Numbered from the whole stretch's first letter, positions 12,970 through 25,940 are shown. The stretch is DNA of 63,246 nt, filler included, from Globobulimina sp. (GCA_003354225.1; 44 parts of 44 records of this genome joined end to end with filler, not necessarily neighbours in it); one strand, 5' to 3'. The notes: a model not told the origin generated them from the sequence alone. Translations and numbers: made by a program.

Positions 12970-14215
12970 GTCCATGAATATTGAATATCAATATCAGGAT
13001 TTAATACATTCATATATCGTTCCCTGGCTTTTACATCATTCCTATTCGTGACATGTCGACCAATCAATACCCAGACACCGTGTTTCCCGTTGCGTTTACT
13101 GCTACCATTCTCATATGGTTTCGGCAGATATGCATTATGCGACAATACACATTGAATATCTTCCACTGTGTCCCATTCGCCACTCCGTATATACGGTGCA
13201 GTGGATTTCAACCATCGGGATGAGCATTGTAATGGTGTTCGATTCTCAAGATTTGAGCCAATGTATAAAAAATTATTCTTTCCGTGTTTAAATACCAATT
13301 CTGCCAATACGTTATCCTCTGCTTTGCTCCATTTCCGATCTATTTTTGGGCGCGGTTTTACTTTTCGCATCCATTGAGATGCAGATTGCAGCGGTGTGCG
13401 TGAATAATTATGTTCCTCTGAAATGGAAATCCAATTTCTCTCTCCATGTTTCACCACAATCTCTAATAATTTCTCATTCTCCTCTCGACTCCAGGTCTCA
13501 TTGCGATTTATGTCTGGATTATCCGGACAGCTATGACCACTCCAAAATACTTTACATTCACTGGCAGTTCTGCCTTGCATCTGACATAAAATAAAAAACA
13601 TTAGAATTGTCCCATGAGTCAAAATGTGTCAAATTACGCAAAAACGCACATACATGTTGTATTGCAATACGTTGCCATGGAATTGGATATTCTTTCCAAT
13701 GTAGTAATGGCCAAAGTGCATTATTTGAATCTTTAATTCGAATTTTATTCAATTCATCCTGTAATCGTATTGTATTATTTCTCCATCTTTAAAAAAGTGT
13801 TTTTGTCCCATAAATACAAACAAAATACAAAAAAAATATATTGGCCAAACTTTTTATGCAAATGCTTTAAGTATAACAGTCTGATACCATTTGCAATTGC
13901 TTTTGATAGTTGCCTTTGTTCGCATAGTGAGAATTTTAACAAAGTATGGTCAATTTTAAAATTTGGCAATTTAGTTTTGTACAGTTGCGTATCTGCATTG
14001 TTTCCCATTGGTGCAATGGTTCCCGTTTCTTGGTCCATTGTATCAAACATCCAATGTGGTATTTGACAAAAATCCAAACGTTTTGGACCTCGAATTGTTC
14101 CAATAAATGTTTTTAAATCATATTTGGATATTTTTGATTTCAATAATCTCTGTTTGTTGATTATAATTTTATTGTTTGTTTTTATAATTATAACCGTAAC
14201 TAAAACATAAATCAA
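12970..14215 (-). CDS. SNAPC4: Myb-repeat protein, snRNA-activating complex subunit 4-like, multi-exon fragment
   Basis: Successive Myb repeats (RTASECKVFW, WSREENEKL, WSKAEDNVL, WDTVED, RNDVKARERYMNVLNP) preceded by an EQRQLSKAI exon. Confidence 0.75.
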
Positions 14216-14409
14216 TAAATAACTTGTTTTTCAGCGTTTTGTATCAATATTTTCTTTAGCCTTTTAATGTTTGATTGAATGGTTTTTTGGTATGACAAAT
14301 TGTGTTCTANNNNNNNNNNNNNNNNNNNNNNNNNNNNNNNNNNNNNNNNNNNNTTAATTAATTAANNNNNNNNNNNNNNNNNNNNNNNNNNNNNNNNNNN
14401 NNNNNNNNN

Positions 14410-15732
14410 ACCCATGGCTCGGTACAATATCTTATATAACAACTCACCACATTTGCTGACAACGGCACTCTTACTTTCCAGCATGCTCTGTGCCAAAAAC
14501 AACACAGAATCAAAGACCTGAAGCAAGCATTCTATATTAACTCCATTCTATTCCTCAATCGCAATGCTATCCGATATATATTTATCATTTATAACGCCAG
14601 CCTCAATCTTCTTAATCATGAGCTGTTGCACTTTGCTCTGATATCCGTCATATAATATGAATAAAAGCCAGATATCGATCACTGTCAATCGCGTGCTGCT
14701 ATTTATTTTATTTAATACAGTCAATATCGCATTGGATACATGCTTCTGAACATCAATGCATTGCTGAAAAGCAGCAAATATCTTCAGATTATGGATGGTG
14801 TCGAAAGGTATATTCTGCCGCATTGCACTGATAATAGTTTCAACATCATTTGTATTGACAGTACGCAATAAATATCGAATAATTATATCCAAATCCGTCT
14901 CGTGACTCGCCTGCAAACTGTCTAACAAAAAGGTTTGTGTCTTTTCTTTCAATGCCGGTGAGATTTTTAGCTGCGTTAAACACTCAATAATGGGTCGAGT
15001 TAATTCGATATCTGTTTCTAATAAGTTTTGCAATTTAACTGCTACGAATTCATGCTGTTCGTCGTGGATTATCTCGTCGAATAAACTGATAATTTGGATC
15101 TTTGTGTTTAACGGAGTGGACAGATCCAAATAAGTGAATAAATTGGCAGTGAATGACTGTTTATCACCGACCAAATGGTCCAGAAATTTAAATTGATGCA
15201 AGATTTGCAGTACTAAATCGATTCGCGTTTCGTCACTGATATATTCATCCAACTTATCGGTTAATAGTTGGATTATTTCTGTTTGCAAACAATCGACGTT
15301 TAATAAGATGCGAACAATGGATGGCTGCGTTTTGCTGCGGGTCGAGATACACTCAATTTCATTCTCATTGATTTGCGACATATTTTGCCATGCAGAGGAT
15401 ATAAATTTAGTGGCATTGTTTTTGCGTGGTATGGTTGGTAGTAATAACTGGTTCAATCGTTTTCCATTTGCTGCTTCAATGAAATCTTCAAACCTTTCAA
15501 CGAATTGTTTGCGACGTGATGCATCGCGAAATAATTTGCGTTGCAGATAATATTGAATGGATTCAGGTGCGTCTAATTCATGCGGTTTTGTAAAATTAGA
15601 CCGAAACCGGACTTTGCATTCATGCATTAAAGTAAGAAAAGCATTATCTTCGCCACTCATTCCTGGAAATTGAGAGATTTTCTGTGATTGTGCTTGTGAT
15701 TTGGACATGCGAGGCCTTTTGGAGGGGCGCAT
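14410..15732 (-). CDS. FANCD2: FANCD2 N-terminal region, with in-frame TAG at 14548-14550
   Basis: SIVRILLNVDCLQ, QILHQFKFLDHLV, IISLFDEIIHDEQH; homology continues past the stop (SVLFLAQSML...GELLYK). Confidence 0.88.
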
Positions 15733-16432
15733 ATCCCCATCATTGCCTGNNNNNNNNNNNNNNNNNNNNNNNNNNNNNNNNNNNNNNNNNNNNTTAATTA
15801 ATTAANNNNNNNNNNNNNNNNNNNNNNNNNNNNNNNNNNNNNNNNNNNNGTGTCTCATATCATATTTGCCTTTTCATATCTCATATCATATATATTGAGT
15901 ATATTCCCATAATTGAAGATTTGTTGTACATTTTGATATTTGTTTTGTTGCTTTTGTGAGTTAAATAATTTTTTGTCATATGTTTCTATTTTTTTTGGAT
16001 ACATACTCGTGTAAAACTTGACTCTATCCCACCAACCCACTGCAGACACAACTATTGAGCTAATTTCTTGTGGTGATCGATTTACTCAAAAAGTTGAAGT
16101 CCTGTGTTCTACGATTTCCAGTCAATTGGTAACTGTGACGTGGTGATCAATCAACGTTTTTCTTTTGTGGTGATTGATTACTACAAGAAAAAAACAAGAG
16201 AATAATTCATAAAATTAAAGAAAATTTAGTTTTAAACAATGTTTTCACAATTAAAAGTATAGAAAAAATAATAAAATAAAAAAAGAATGCTAATATCAAA
16301 TATCAGACACAAATCAAATATTGTGTCTATATTTGATAACTAATTTGAAAAAAAAAATTAAAAAAAAAACAAAGAAAAAATTAATTGATTCATGAATCAA
16401 ACGTTATACTAAAACATGTAATTGACTCCTGA

Positions 16433-17034
16433 CTATTGACTGGGTGTTGGAGAAGAATGTGGTAAACTCATTGAACTTTTGTTATGCATTCCATCAATTT
16501 CAGCGTCATCTGCAATCTCAGATAATTTCAGTGTTGTTGCATTATTATACATATCTTCAAATTCATCATCATCTACATTTCGCATTACATCTTTATCAAA
16601 ATCAATCGTAACAAACGACATATTCCCATGATTCATAACAAATTTTCTATTTCCATCATTATAATTATCATATATTTCATCGAAACTATCTTTATTCATA
16701 TTGCCATGTATTGAATGTACAGAAACCATTGATTTTGTATAACCATTACCATCCGATGTCTCTTGACCAGGAATGCCGTCATTCGAACCAAATAATGTCT
16801 CATCATCGCTTGTTTCACTTTCATCCAATTTCAAATCACTATCCTCAAATTCAATCACTTTTTCACCTGGTTGACAGACAGATATTTTCGTTTCTAAATA
16901 TGATACAACATATAATGGATCAAATTCTGTTACAGTAAGGTCAATGGTGGACAATTTACTATTATTATTAAGTAATGGTTCAGCTTTTCCATTTATCTTA
17001 TACTGCTTTTTAACTTTGTTGCGGATGGCACCAA
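16433..17034 (-). CDS. Acidic C-terminal exon of unknown protein
   Basis: Open D/E/S-rich frame; upstream limit approximate. Confidence 0.4.
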
Positions 17035-19077
17035 CTTATCGTATACAATGTTAACAAAAATGTTCTTTTGTGTGGGGTGTGTGTTCTGTCTGCTCTTTTG
17101 TGTGGGGTGGGCTCTGTCTGCTTTTGTGTGTGTCGTCTAACCTAAACTCTAAAAATAATTTTTTTCTGATTGGTTGACTCGAACATATGNNNNNNNNNNN
17201 NNNNNNNNNNNNNNNNNNNNNNNNNNNNNNNNNTTAATTAATTAANNNNNNNNNNNNNNNNNNNNNNNNNNNNNNNNNNNNNNNNNNNNACATATGACGC
17301 GCTGAACACAAGAACATCCGAAGCAGAGCCCATACTTTCATGGTCTTGTAGGTTAATTGCCCAAAAGGGTCTGCTTGTGGCTGTAATGCGCGCGTGCCCA
17401 GGAAGCATGTACCAGTTGAGCACAAGCGGCCGGGCGCTTCTAAAACTTTTGCCCAAGCGGCAGAGGCGTCTAGGTTTTTTCCGCAACATGCAATATGCAT
17501 GCGCAATTATGTTACAATCACTGCTTGTCTGTGCATAATTAGAGGGGTGGGCCGACTAAACAATAGAAATGGTTCAATTGACTACTAAACGATTCAAAAA
17601 TAAATGTTTCTAGGCCAGAAATTCCGTGCGAACACTGTGGTACACAGTACTTTTATTGAAAGCTAATACTCGACGAGTTATTCAACGATTTAGTCACCGG
17701 TGGCATATTTATCAATACACAAAAAATTGCACATTGATATAGACATAGCTATTGTATTGACTCAATGCCAATGAACAGTAAATTTACACTTTCTAAATAA
17801 GGATTTGCCCCTAGAGCCGAATTTCACTAGGAACACGCTGGTATAGTTTATTTTTCACCACTAATTGTTTTCGCCGAGATATTAACACTTTTAGGATATG
17901 ACACGGCCATCAAAATGTCTGAAATATATGTCAGTCGCAGAAATAACGTCAGTCCTGTCCGGCTACACAAATTATTGAAACAATAACAGTTCCGGCGGAC
18001 GGCGGGGCGATTTCTGGTCACTCATACATAAACTTAGGAACATCAACAACATGTCATTAGATTGTTGTATTAATGTACTTGCCCTGCAACTTTGATTTTG
18101 AGCCTATAGTTTTGTTGCGATTTCTTATGTTATGGCCCAAGCTAATTCTCCTTTCATTCGCTTTGCCCAAAGAATCGGCTCATTCGCCAAATGCTACGAA
18201 TTATGCAAAAACATCAGTGTTCTTTCTTGCTCAAAATCCTCCCACATGTCCCGTTTGCGGTAGAGACATAACTGTCGTCAAAAATGTGTCATTCAAGTAA
18301 AAGTTAATGTTCATTAGCTATTGAGTGCAATTTTCAGTCTTTCGATAAAGTAAACCCTATTTATGACATGATGCCGAACAAAAGGTCAGCTGGCTTGAGA
18401 CCACGAAGTAGAGGGGTCAGTGACTCTTGCAGGGATATAATGGGCTGCATGTCAATAATGTTTACGGCTTGGCGCCTGAGGTTAAAGTTGGGTGGACCGA
18501 CGACCCCTTTGTGCAAATGGCGTCGGCCTGTCTAGTGAGAAAATAAAGACAGGCATGTACTTTTTTATCAGAGAGACTCAGATAGAGGAAGTCACAAAGC
18601 ACACAGGGGTCGAGTTACCTTACCATATANNNNNNNNNNNNNNNNNNNNNNNNNNNNNNNNNNNNNNNNNNNNTTAATTAATTAANNNNNNNNNNNNNNN
18701 NNNNNNNNNNNNNNNNNNNNNNNNNNNNNGTTTACAAATATTTTGGAGAGCAAATAATAGCTTTTGGAGAGCAAATATTTTGGAGATATTTTGGTTTGAT
18801 ATGGATGAAAGAAAGAGAGAGCAGTTACAACACAAAGCAAATAATGTGTTTGCTTGCGTGGAATGGATTCATTTTTTATTGGACAACAAATGGGCAAAAG
18901 CATGCAATAGATATAAATATGATGTGTTTGCTTCAAATACGGATAACAAAAATGAGTGGGGAAAACATATTTGATTGCATCTTCAAAATATTGTCAGATG
19001 TATATTTTCTGCTCTATCTACCACCAAAGAAACAGAATCGATGATATGCCTTAAAGGCGCATTACATATTTTTTAAT

Positions 19078-19119
19078 GAATGCAGAGAATCAATGCAGAG
19101 AATCAATGCAGAGAATCAA
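19078..19119 (+). repeat. 13-bp tandem repeat AATGCAGAGAATC x3
   Basis: Direct reading. Confidence 0.85.
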
Positions 19120-19628
19120 AAGTATAGGCTCGAGTTAAGCTTCCATCATGTCTTCGCAAGTGGATATTGGAATATTTTATGGAGTGCGGATTGTCTTAAA
19201 TCTAGGAGTGCTTCTTGTTCACGCGGTCATCTTATCCATGCACTTCACACTCCATTCCTCCACGGTCACGATGAATAATCCAGACCCATCATCCCAAGTG
19301 CTTCCATGGCGTAGCCTCAGTTCATTTATATCCACATTCGTCACGTCACTATTTTCATGGATATTCAATGGCGTCGACGTTTTCCATTTTATGTCTGCTT
19401 TTTTATGCACATATCAACTATCGATATCACAACATAATAACTCTAACAACTCACTCACTCACTGAATAGTTCTGCTAAGAGATTGAAGCAAAAAATGAAG
19501 TAAAAAATTTCCATTGTTGTTTTATGAGATAATTATTAAATTTACAAAATATTAAAATTAACATAGTATTTGTTAACATTTGTTAAAACATAAATTATTA
19601 AATATACTATTTATCTGTGTGAGACTGT

Positions 19629-19828
19629 TGACTTTTTAGGCTTAAACTTCTAAACATTTCTTTTGTGATTGGCAAGGTTTTTGGGTTAGCTAGAGTGGTT
19701 TTCAACTTTGAATACTAGGATTCGAAACCTAGGTCAACTTCGAATACTAGGTTGAAAACCACTTTAGCTAACCCAAAAACCTTGCCAAACACAAAAGAAG
19801 TGTTTAGAAGTTTAAGCCTAAAAAGTCA
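19629..19828. mobile_element. Foldback/MITE-like element, 78-bp inverted arms with 44-bp spacer
   Basis: 19629-19706 vs 19751-19828 are reverse complements with 3 mismatches. Confidence 0.8.
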
Positions 19829-20169
19829 TGTGAGTTTGTGTTTGATTGCGTGTCGTGTCTCTTTTAAAGTTTTTTTTTTGCTCGGTAACCAAACCTAACT
19901 TCCACACATCTCAAAGCATCCTTTCGCAACAAGCCATTCCATTCAAGAAGTACTGCAGTTCTGTAATTGTTTGGAATTGTAATCCCAGGATAAGAGCTGC
20001 TGAAAGTGTCCATATTAAACTATAAGGAGTCAAGTAGAAAAACTGAATAAACTGAATCGAAATATATTANNNNNNNNNNNNNNNNNNNNNNNNNNNNNNN
20101 NNNNNNNNNNNNNTTAATTAATTAANNNNNNNNNNNNNNNNNNNNNNNNNNNNNNNNNNNNNNNNNNNN

Positions 20170-21195
20170 GTTTTGCTGATTATTTTTATTTTGAATATCT
20201 TGAATCACTGAAATAAAATCATATTCCCGACGACTGTCATCAAATACGGTGTCGTATGCATTCCAATCATCGTTAGATTCAATTTCAATGAAATTAATCT
20301 TTAAATTAAGTATATACACAAACAATATATTATTTCATTAGCAAATTATGTCAAATATTTGTATGTGTAACACTGTAATTCACACCTTGAGAAAATACGT
20401 AAAAACAACGCCAATTCCTGCCAATATTATTAAGAAAGCAACGAAACATAGCTGCATTCTATGATTATCATAATGAATATATCTGTGATGACCAAATAAT
20501 TGATGATTATTGAAGCCATATTGCACATAAACAGTCCATATGGATGTTATAACCACAGCAATGATCAATATATTAACAGCAATATCTGCTTCAATTACAA
20601 CTTGTTGATATAAGGTTGTTGGGGGCAACATTATTACAGTTGAGGTTGACTGATATAATCCATTTATGAATAAAATACATCCAAATATATATATCATGGA
20701 TAGTTTGCTGAGAAATAAAAAGAATACGGAACTACATAATGACTGATTGTTGGTCACGTTTATTGACGTGTTTTGTTTGAATGCCATACGTAAATTGTTA
20801 ACAATATGAATGAATGGAAAAATAAACGATGCGCAAAGCAATATTAGTGAAATATGATAATCTTTTGATGTCCATGAACCTGTGATAATATCTAATATTG
20901 ATGTTGTATAAATAGTTCTCAATTCTTTGTCTTGTGTATTACATGGAATTGTTTCTAGCGCAGTCTCTTGATAACATAATAAATTCGCATACATAAACGT
21001 TTGTATTAATGCTTCAACATTTAATACAATCAATGTTACTGCAATGAACAAGTGAATAAATGCATAGATTAATAAACATTTGGTGCTTAAAGCATTATTG
21101 TTTTTATTCGGCGGTAATAATCGCGTTGCTGGTTTGAATGGAGATATGGGAGTAATTACTTCCATCAACACTGGCGGTGATTTTGAATTCTGCAT
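20170..21195 (-). CDS. Polytopic membrane protein, PqiA-like, partial
   Basis: TSILDIITGSWTSKDYHISLILLCASFIFP and LSKLSMIYIF resemble PqiA repeat motifs; intron after ~20385. Confidence 0.5.
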
Positions 21196-21609
21196 GGTTT
21201 TGATAGTTTTGTTTGCTGCAAAGTGAAACTTTGGGGTTAACAAATTTAATACTTCGAAGGAGAGGCAATTATAAACAATTAGATCAATAATTCATTACAA
21301 TGAAAGAACAACACTGTTAGTAACACTTCTATTTCGATGTTTAATTGCCATCAAAACAGATTGCAAAAACGTTAACATATTGTTGCATTACTTGCATATA
21401 TTCAGGGAATTTGTGTATAAATACTATGTTTATATTTCATTGAATAATAATAAATGGATAATATCAATGTAACCAGAAATACAATGAATGATGGAAATAT
21501 ATTGGAATANNNNNNNNNNNNNNNNNNNNNNNNNNNNNNNNNNNNNNNNNNNNTTAATTAATTAANNNNNNNNNNNNNNNNNNNNNNNNNNNNNNNNNNN
21601 NNNNNNNNN

Positions 21610-22476
21610 TTTTCTAAAGGCTTGTATTTGACAACCTCACTTGGTTCGGATCCATTACTAAGGATGATTAAATATTTGGCAATTCTCCATCGTCGTTTTA
21701 CCACAAATGAGATCGTCAATTTTTCAGAGAGGACGTTGTCATGGATTGTGGAAAGCGCTGGTAATCATATGCTATTTTCCGGTGACAAATATTCATTTCA
21801 TGCAAACGATGTTAAGATCACAGACAAAGAAGCAACAGATATCAATGCATTGGTGACCTGCACACAACAAGTTACATCACAATGGTATATTCATAAAATG
21901 ATAAATCTTAAATATTATATCCATTCATTCACACAAAAATCAACAAATTTTGATTACATTAAAAATACATTCAAGTTATCCAATGACTGCACTGAAAGCA
22001 ACAACACATTGCACGATAAAAGCAATGATATAAGAATTGAGAAAGCAGCAATTAACGAATTAAGTTATGATTGGATACAAAGTAATAATTATAATGAATA
22101 TTTTGATATAATCATTGATGAGTTAGCATGTGATAATATTTTAGCAATGGGTATGGATAATTATATCGGTACAACCATATATGGAATATGCTTGAAAAAG
22201 AGTGGGATTATCTATGTGGTGGATAGGAAGATGACGGGAGACATTGCCGGAATAAAATTGAGACAAAAAATAGGAAAATTGTATCCAAACACACATTTTG
22301 AATTGATTGCCGAAAGAGATACGCCATGGACAACGCAATTCATATTTTTAAAAGTTGATTCTTGTTGGAATATGGATACGAATCGGGAGGAAAATCGTAT
22401 TGATGTTTGGGGAGATGGACATCGCCAATATACGCAAAACTCCATCAAAGATAATAGTGCTGTCATGAAGGTATGA
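21610..22476 (+). CDS. Probable divergent class I SAM-methyltransferase-fold protein, partial
   Basis: YFDIIIDE...CLKKSGIIYVVD resembles motif II/III of Rossmann MTases. Confidence 0.35.
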   Translation, partial: FSKGLYLTTSLGSDPLLRMIKYLAILHRRFTTNEIVNFSERTLSWIVESAGNHMLFSGDKYSFHANDVKITDKEATDINALVTCTQQVTSQWYIHKMINLKYYIHSFTQKSTNFDYIKNTFKLSNDCTESNNTLHDKSNDIRIEKAAINELSYDWIQSNNYNEYFDIIIDELACDNILAMGMDNYIGTTIYGICLKKSGIIYVVDRKMTGDIAGIKLRQKIGKLYPNTHFELIAERDTPWTTQFIFLKVDSCWNMDTNREENRIDVWGDGHRQYTQNSIKDNSAVMKV

Positions 22477-22665
22477 TTGCAATTTAACAATAATAAAAGG
22501 ATACATTGAACATTTTTAAATTGAATAAGAATGCTGGAGGAAGCATGGTTGAAGGAATGGATGCTGTCATGCAAAAGTTAGGGAAGAAGATTGAGCCACC
22601 TAAACCGCCAGGAGGTTTTGACTGAAAGTATACGTAACTGCAAAAATACATAAATGGTAGAAATC

Positions 22666-22854
22666 GATGACTAGCTCACTTCAAGAAAATCTTAATATCA
22701 GGGTTCTCACCTCATAGACGACAGTGCAAGGATAGATTTTTCCAGGATTCTGGCATATGAAAGAAGAGACAAATCTATGCAATAAAGGTAAAAATTTGTC
22801 GTCTATGAGGTGAGAACCATGATATTAAGATTTTCTTGAAGTGAGCTAGTCATC
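22666..22854. mobile_element. MITE: 58-bp TIRs, 7-bp target-site duplication AGAAATC
   Basis: Arms 22666-22723 and 22797-22854 (1 mismatch); AGAAATC at 22659-22665 and 22855-22861. Confidence 0.88.
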
Positions 22855-23347
22855 AGAAATCTTAAATTAAAAAGTTTGCTAGAGTCTAGTTAGACTTAAC
22901 GATATATTCCAAAAGATAACCCCCCCCCGTTTGGATACCCCCCCCCTTTNNNNNNNNNNNNNNNNNNNNNNNNNNNNNNNNNNNNNNNNNNNNTTAATTA
23001 ATTAANNNNNNNNNNNNNNNNNNNNNNNNNNNNNNNNNNNNNNNNNNNNATCAGACGAGGCGCTAGAAATAAACGAAAGGAACATCAACGTGAATAGTTG
23101 CTGTATCCATAGTGTCAAAATATACTGAATTGTTATTTCGCATTGGATCCCACATTTGAAAAAATGCTTGTTGCAAATGAGGAAACAAAAATGCAGACAG
23201 ACAATACAAATACAAAAAGAAAAAAGAAAATGCTTCAACATAAAAATATATTCACTCCTGTATACAAAACGACACTCGTAAATTGAAACAAATCAAATAA
23301 TAAAATTAACAAAAAGATGGAATATGACATGTAACGTAATACTGTAT

Positions 23348-24388
23348 TCATTGTTGTTGGTTACTGCCACAGTTCGTATTACCACAATGTATTAAATCAG
23401 TCATGGACAGATTTTTCCATATTTGCGCACATTTAAAACACCATTCTATCCCACAACTCGTGCATCTACATTTCCATTTTCTTATTGGCGCATTGCGAGG
23501 ATCCCTGCATTTTGGGCATGATTTTGTATCATTGATCAACATTTTCTCTTCTTCTCTCACAATATCAATGGGAACACCTACATTACCATTACCATTACAA
23601 TCACTATTTGGTTGTTTTATTAATGATTTTTTCCTTGCTTGGGATGGTAATAAATTACTATCCGCTCTCTTATGTTTATGTTTGTCAGCTGCAGCGGAGT
23701 GTTTTTTTTTCCCTTTCAACCTTACTTTGTATCCCTGCTTCAGAGCAATAATTTTATCTAAAATTGTCTCAAATTTATAAACGTCCATATTGCAAACATC
23801 ATAGCCATTGACAGCAGCAATAAACCATCCTTTTTTAACTCCGCATTCCTGCTTAAAAGCAGAACCATACTCATTTTTTTCAATATGATTTATCATTATT
23901 CCATTTATGGTCCCTTTTGGGGTGGGATCCCACCTCAAAAACTCACGTAAATCAATCGATAAACTGATTGTAATTTGGTTCTTTTCAGCTTTTATAATTC
24001 TAAATAAATCTAAAGACTGTCGACTTTGCATTCGCATCGAACTGTATATTTTCAATATCTTCTCTGGATTATTAAACTCGAAAATCTGTCTTTCCTTTTC
24101 CCATTTACAATATTTGCTGATCTCATATTTATTTTTGTGAGCAGTGTTCAATTTTTTCATCGATATTTGCTGATTCATTGCGTTTGTTGATTGTAAATAA
24201 AGTCTTTTATATTTCATCCAAATTAAATCATCCAGCTCCCATAACTTATCATGATACGTTCGAAACACAGTCAACATTTGCTGATAATTTTTAATTTTAT
24301 CTAAATTGAAAAACTTTGGCAAAATGCGCACTAAATCCAGCGGTTCGAATCTGCAGTATCCTCTATTATAAAATAAATACGTATTCAC
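23348..24388 (-). CDS. Protein with PDZ-like domain and C-terminal IBR/RING2-like zinc module, 5' partial
   Basis: GIMINHI...SAFKQECGVKKGWFIAAVNG (PDZ); TKSCPKC...CRCTSCGIEWCFKC...HC. Confidence 0.6.
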   Translation of the reverse strand: MNTYLFYNRGYCRFEPLDLVRILPKFFNLDKIKNYQQMLTVFRTYHDKLWELDDLIWMKYKRLYLQSTNAMNQQISMKKLNTAHKNKYEISKYCKWEKERQIFEFNNPEKILKIYSSMRMQSRQSLDLFRIIKAEKNQITISLSIDLREFLRWDPTPKGTINGIMINHIEKNEYGSAFKQECGVKKGWFIAAVNGYDVCNMDVYKFETILDKIIALKQGYKVRLKGKKKHSAAADKHKHKRADSNLLPSQARKKSLIKQPNSDCNGNGNVGVPIDIVREEEKMLINDTKSCPKCRDPRNAPIRKWKCRCTSCGIEWCFKCAQIWKNLSMTDLIHCGNTNCGSNQQQ

Positions 24389-25438
24389 TNNNNNNNNNNN
24401 NNNNNNNNNNNNNNNNNNNNNNNNNNNNNNNNNTTAATTAATTAANNNNNNNNNNNNNNNNNNNNNNNNNNNNNNNNNNNNNNNNNNNNCCTCGGCAAAC
24501 GCTATTTATGTGCCACAAAAACATATTGGTTTTGTTGGTGATTTGCTGGTGCGTAAATCCACGTAGCTCTATAATTATGTATCCTTGCACACTATAATTA
24601 CAAAAATTAAATTAATTTACAATTCAAGTTTCCTGTCATGCAGCCATTGTTTATCCACAACTGGTAATATTAAAGCAGATGGATATTGTCCACCACAGCA
24701 ACACAAAAACACAAAAATCATAATCACAACAACCATCCTGCACAAGCATTGGCGTTCAATAACCTTCGCCGTAAAATCAATATCAAATCACATCTGAACC
24801 AACATACAACAAAGCAAATATCTCACCCACCACATAAACATGTTGTACAAATGCTGCAGACGTCCTTCCCTTTTCATTGCTCTCCTGACTCTGTGGGCAG
24901 CACGGCTGTAAAATCAAGTTATTCCCTCCAGCGTAGTATTGCGTTCCAAACAGGATATGTCGGATTATATACATAGGATTGAGTACCGCTTCTTGTCGCC
25001 TTTGCAGTGCTCAGCGAAGCGCCACTTCTTTTTTTTTCGAAAGGGACTGCTATAAATTGCAAGGAATTAATTTAATTTCCACAAATTCAATCAATGAGAG
25101 GTACAATCACACGACGGTCTCGAAATAAAATTACAAAGACCGGTTTAGGGAATACCGACTTATAAATCCTTATAAGTCCGAGACCTCACAAAGATGCAAA
25201 AGAAAACAAATCAAAACCAAACAAATCCTTAAAAGGGAAAAAACACAAAAGGTTCAACTAAACCAAAAATAAAATAGAAATAATAATAATAATATAATAT
25301 TATCGTTTTTCAAAAATAAAGTAAATTATTTTAAGTACTTAGTTACTTCAAATACTCAAAAAACAAGGGCAGAGTCAGAGCGGCAACATAAGCACAAAGG
25401 GCACTACATATGTTTTAAATAAGGCGCTACACATACTG

Positions 25439-25828
25439 CTAATTCAATCGTCCGGTAGCCGTCACAAACGTTACTATCGATTGCAGGATGAATTTACGAT
25501 GGCACCATCGCATATCCATCGGTGGGAATAATATCGTTTTCAATTCAATTTCCCATCGTGAATTGAGATAATATGGCGATATAGTTTTAATAAATGATTT
25601 ACGCAGTACTCTATGTTTCACACATCGCAGAATCAAATGGTCAACATCTTCAATCGCACCACAGTCGCATCGCCCACTATTGTTTGATATGCAACAAATA
25701 GACTGACATCGTAAATATTGTATGTGCCCTTTGTTGCGACAATTCTCAGTATTATAATATGTGCGATGTTGACGAACGTGATGATATTCTATCCATATAA
25801 TATGGCACATTTCCATATTGTGGCAGAC
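25439..25828 (-). mobile_element. Non-LTR retrotransposon ORF2 C-terminus (CCHC zinc knuckle)
   Basis: CDCGAIEDVDHLILRC...R and terminal FVTATGRL typical of LINE ORF2 ends. Confidence 0.75.
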
Positions 25829-25940
25829 CNNNNNNNNNNNNNNNNNNNNNNNNNNNNNNNNNNNNNNNNNNNNTTAATTAATTAANNNNNNNNNNNNNNN
25901 NNNNNNNNNNNNNNNNNNNNNNNNNNNNNTTAATGTAACT

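Noticed and set aside
17290-18629. Short ORFs in a higher-GC contig
   Set aside because: No recognisable motifs; treated as non-coding DNA of uncertain origin.
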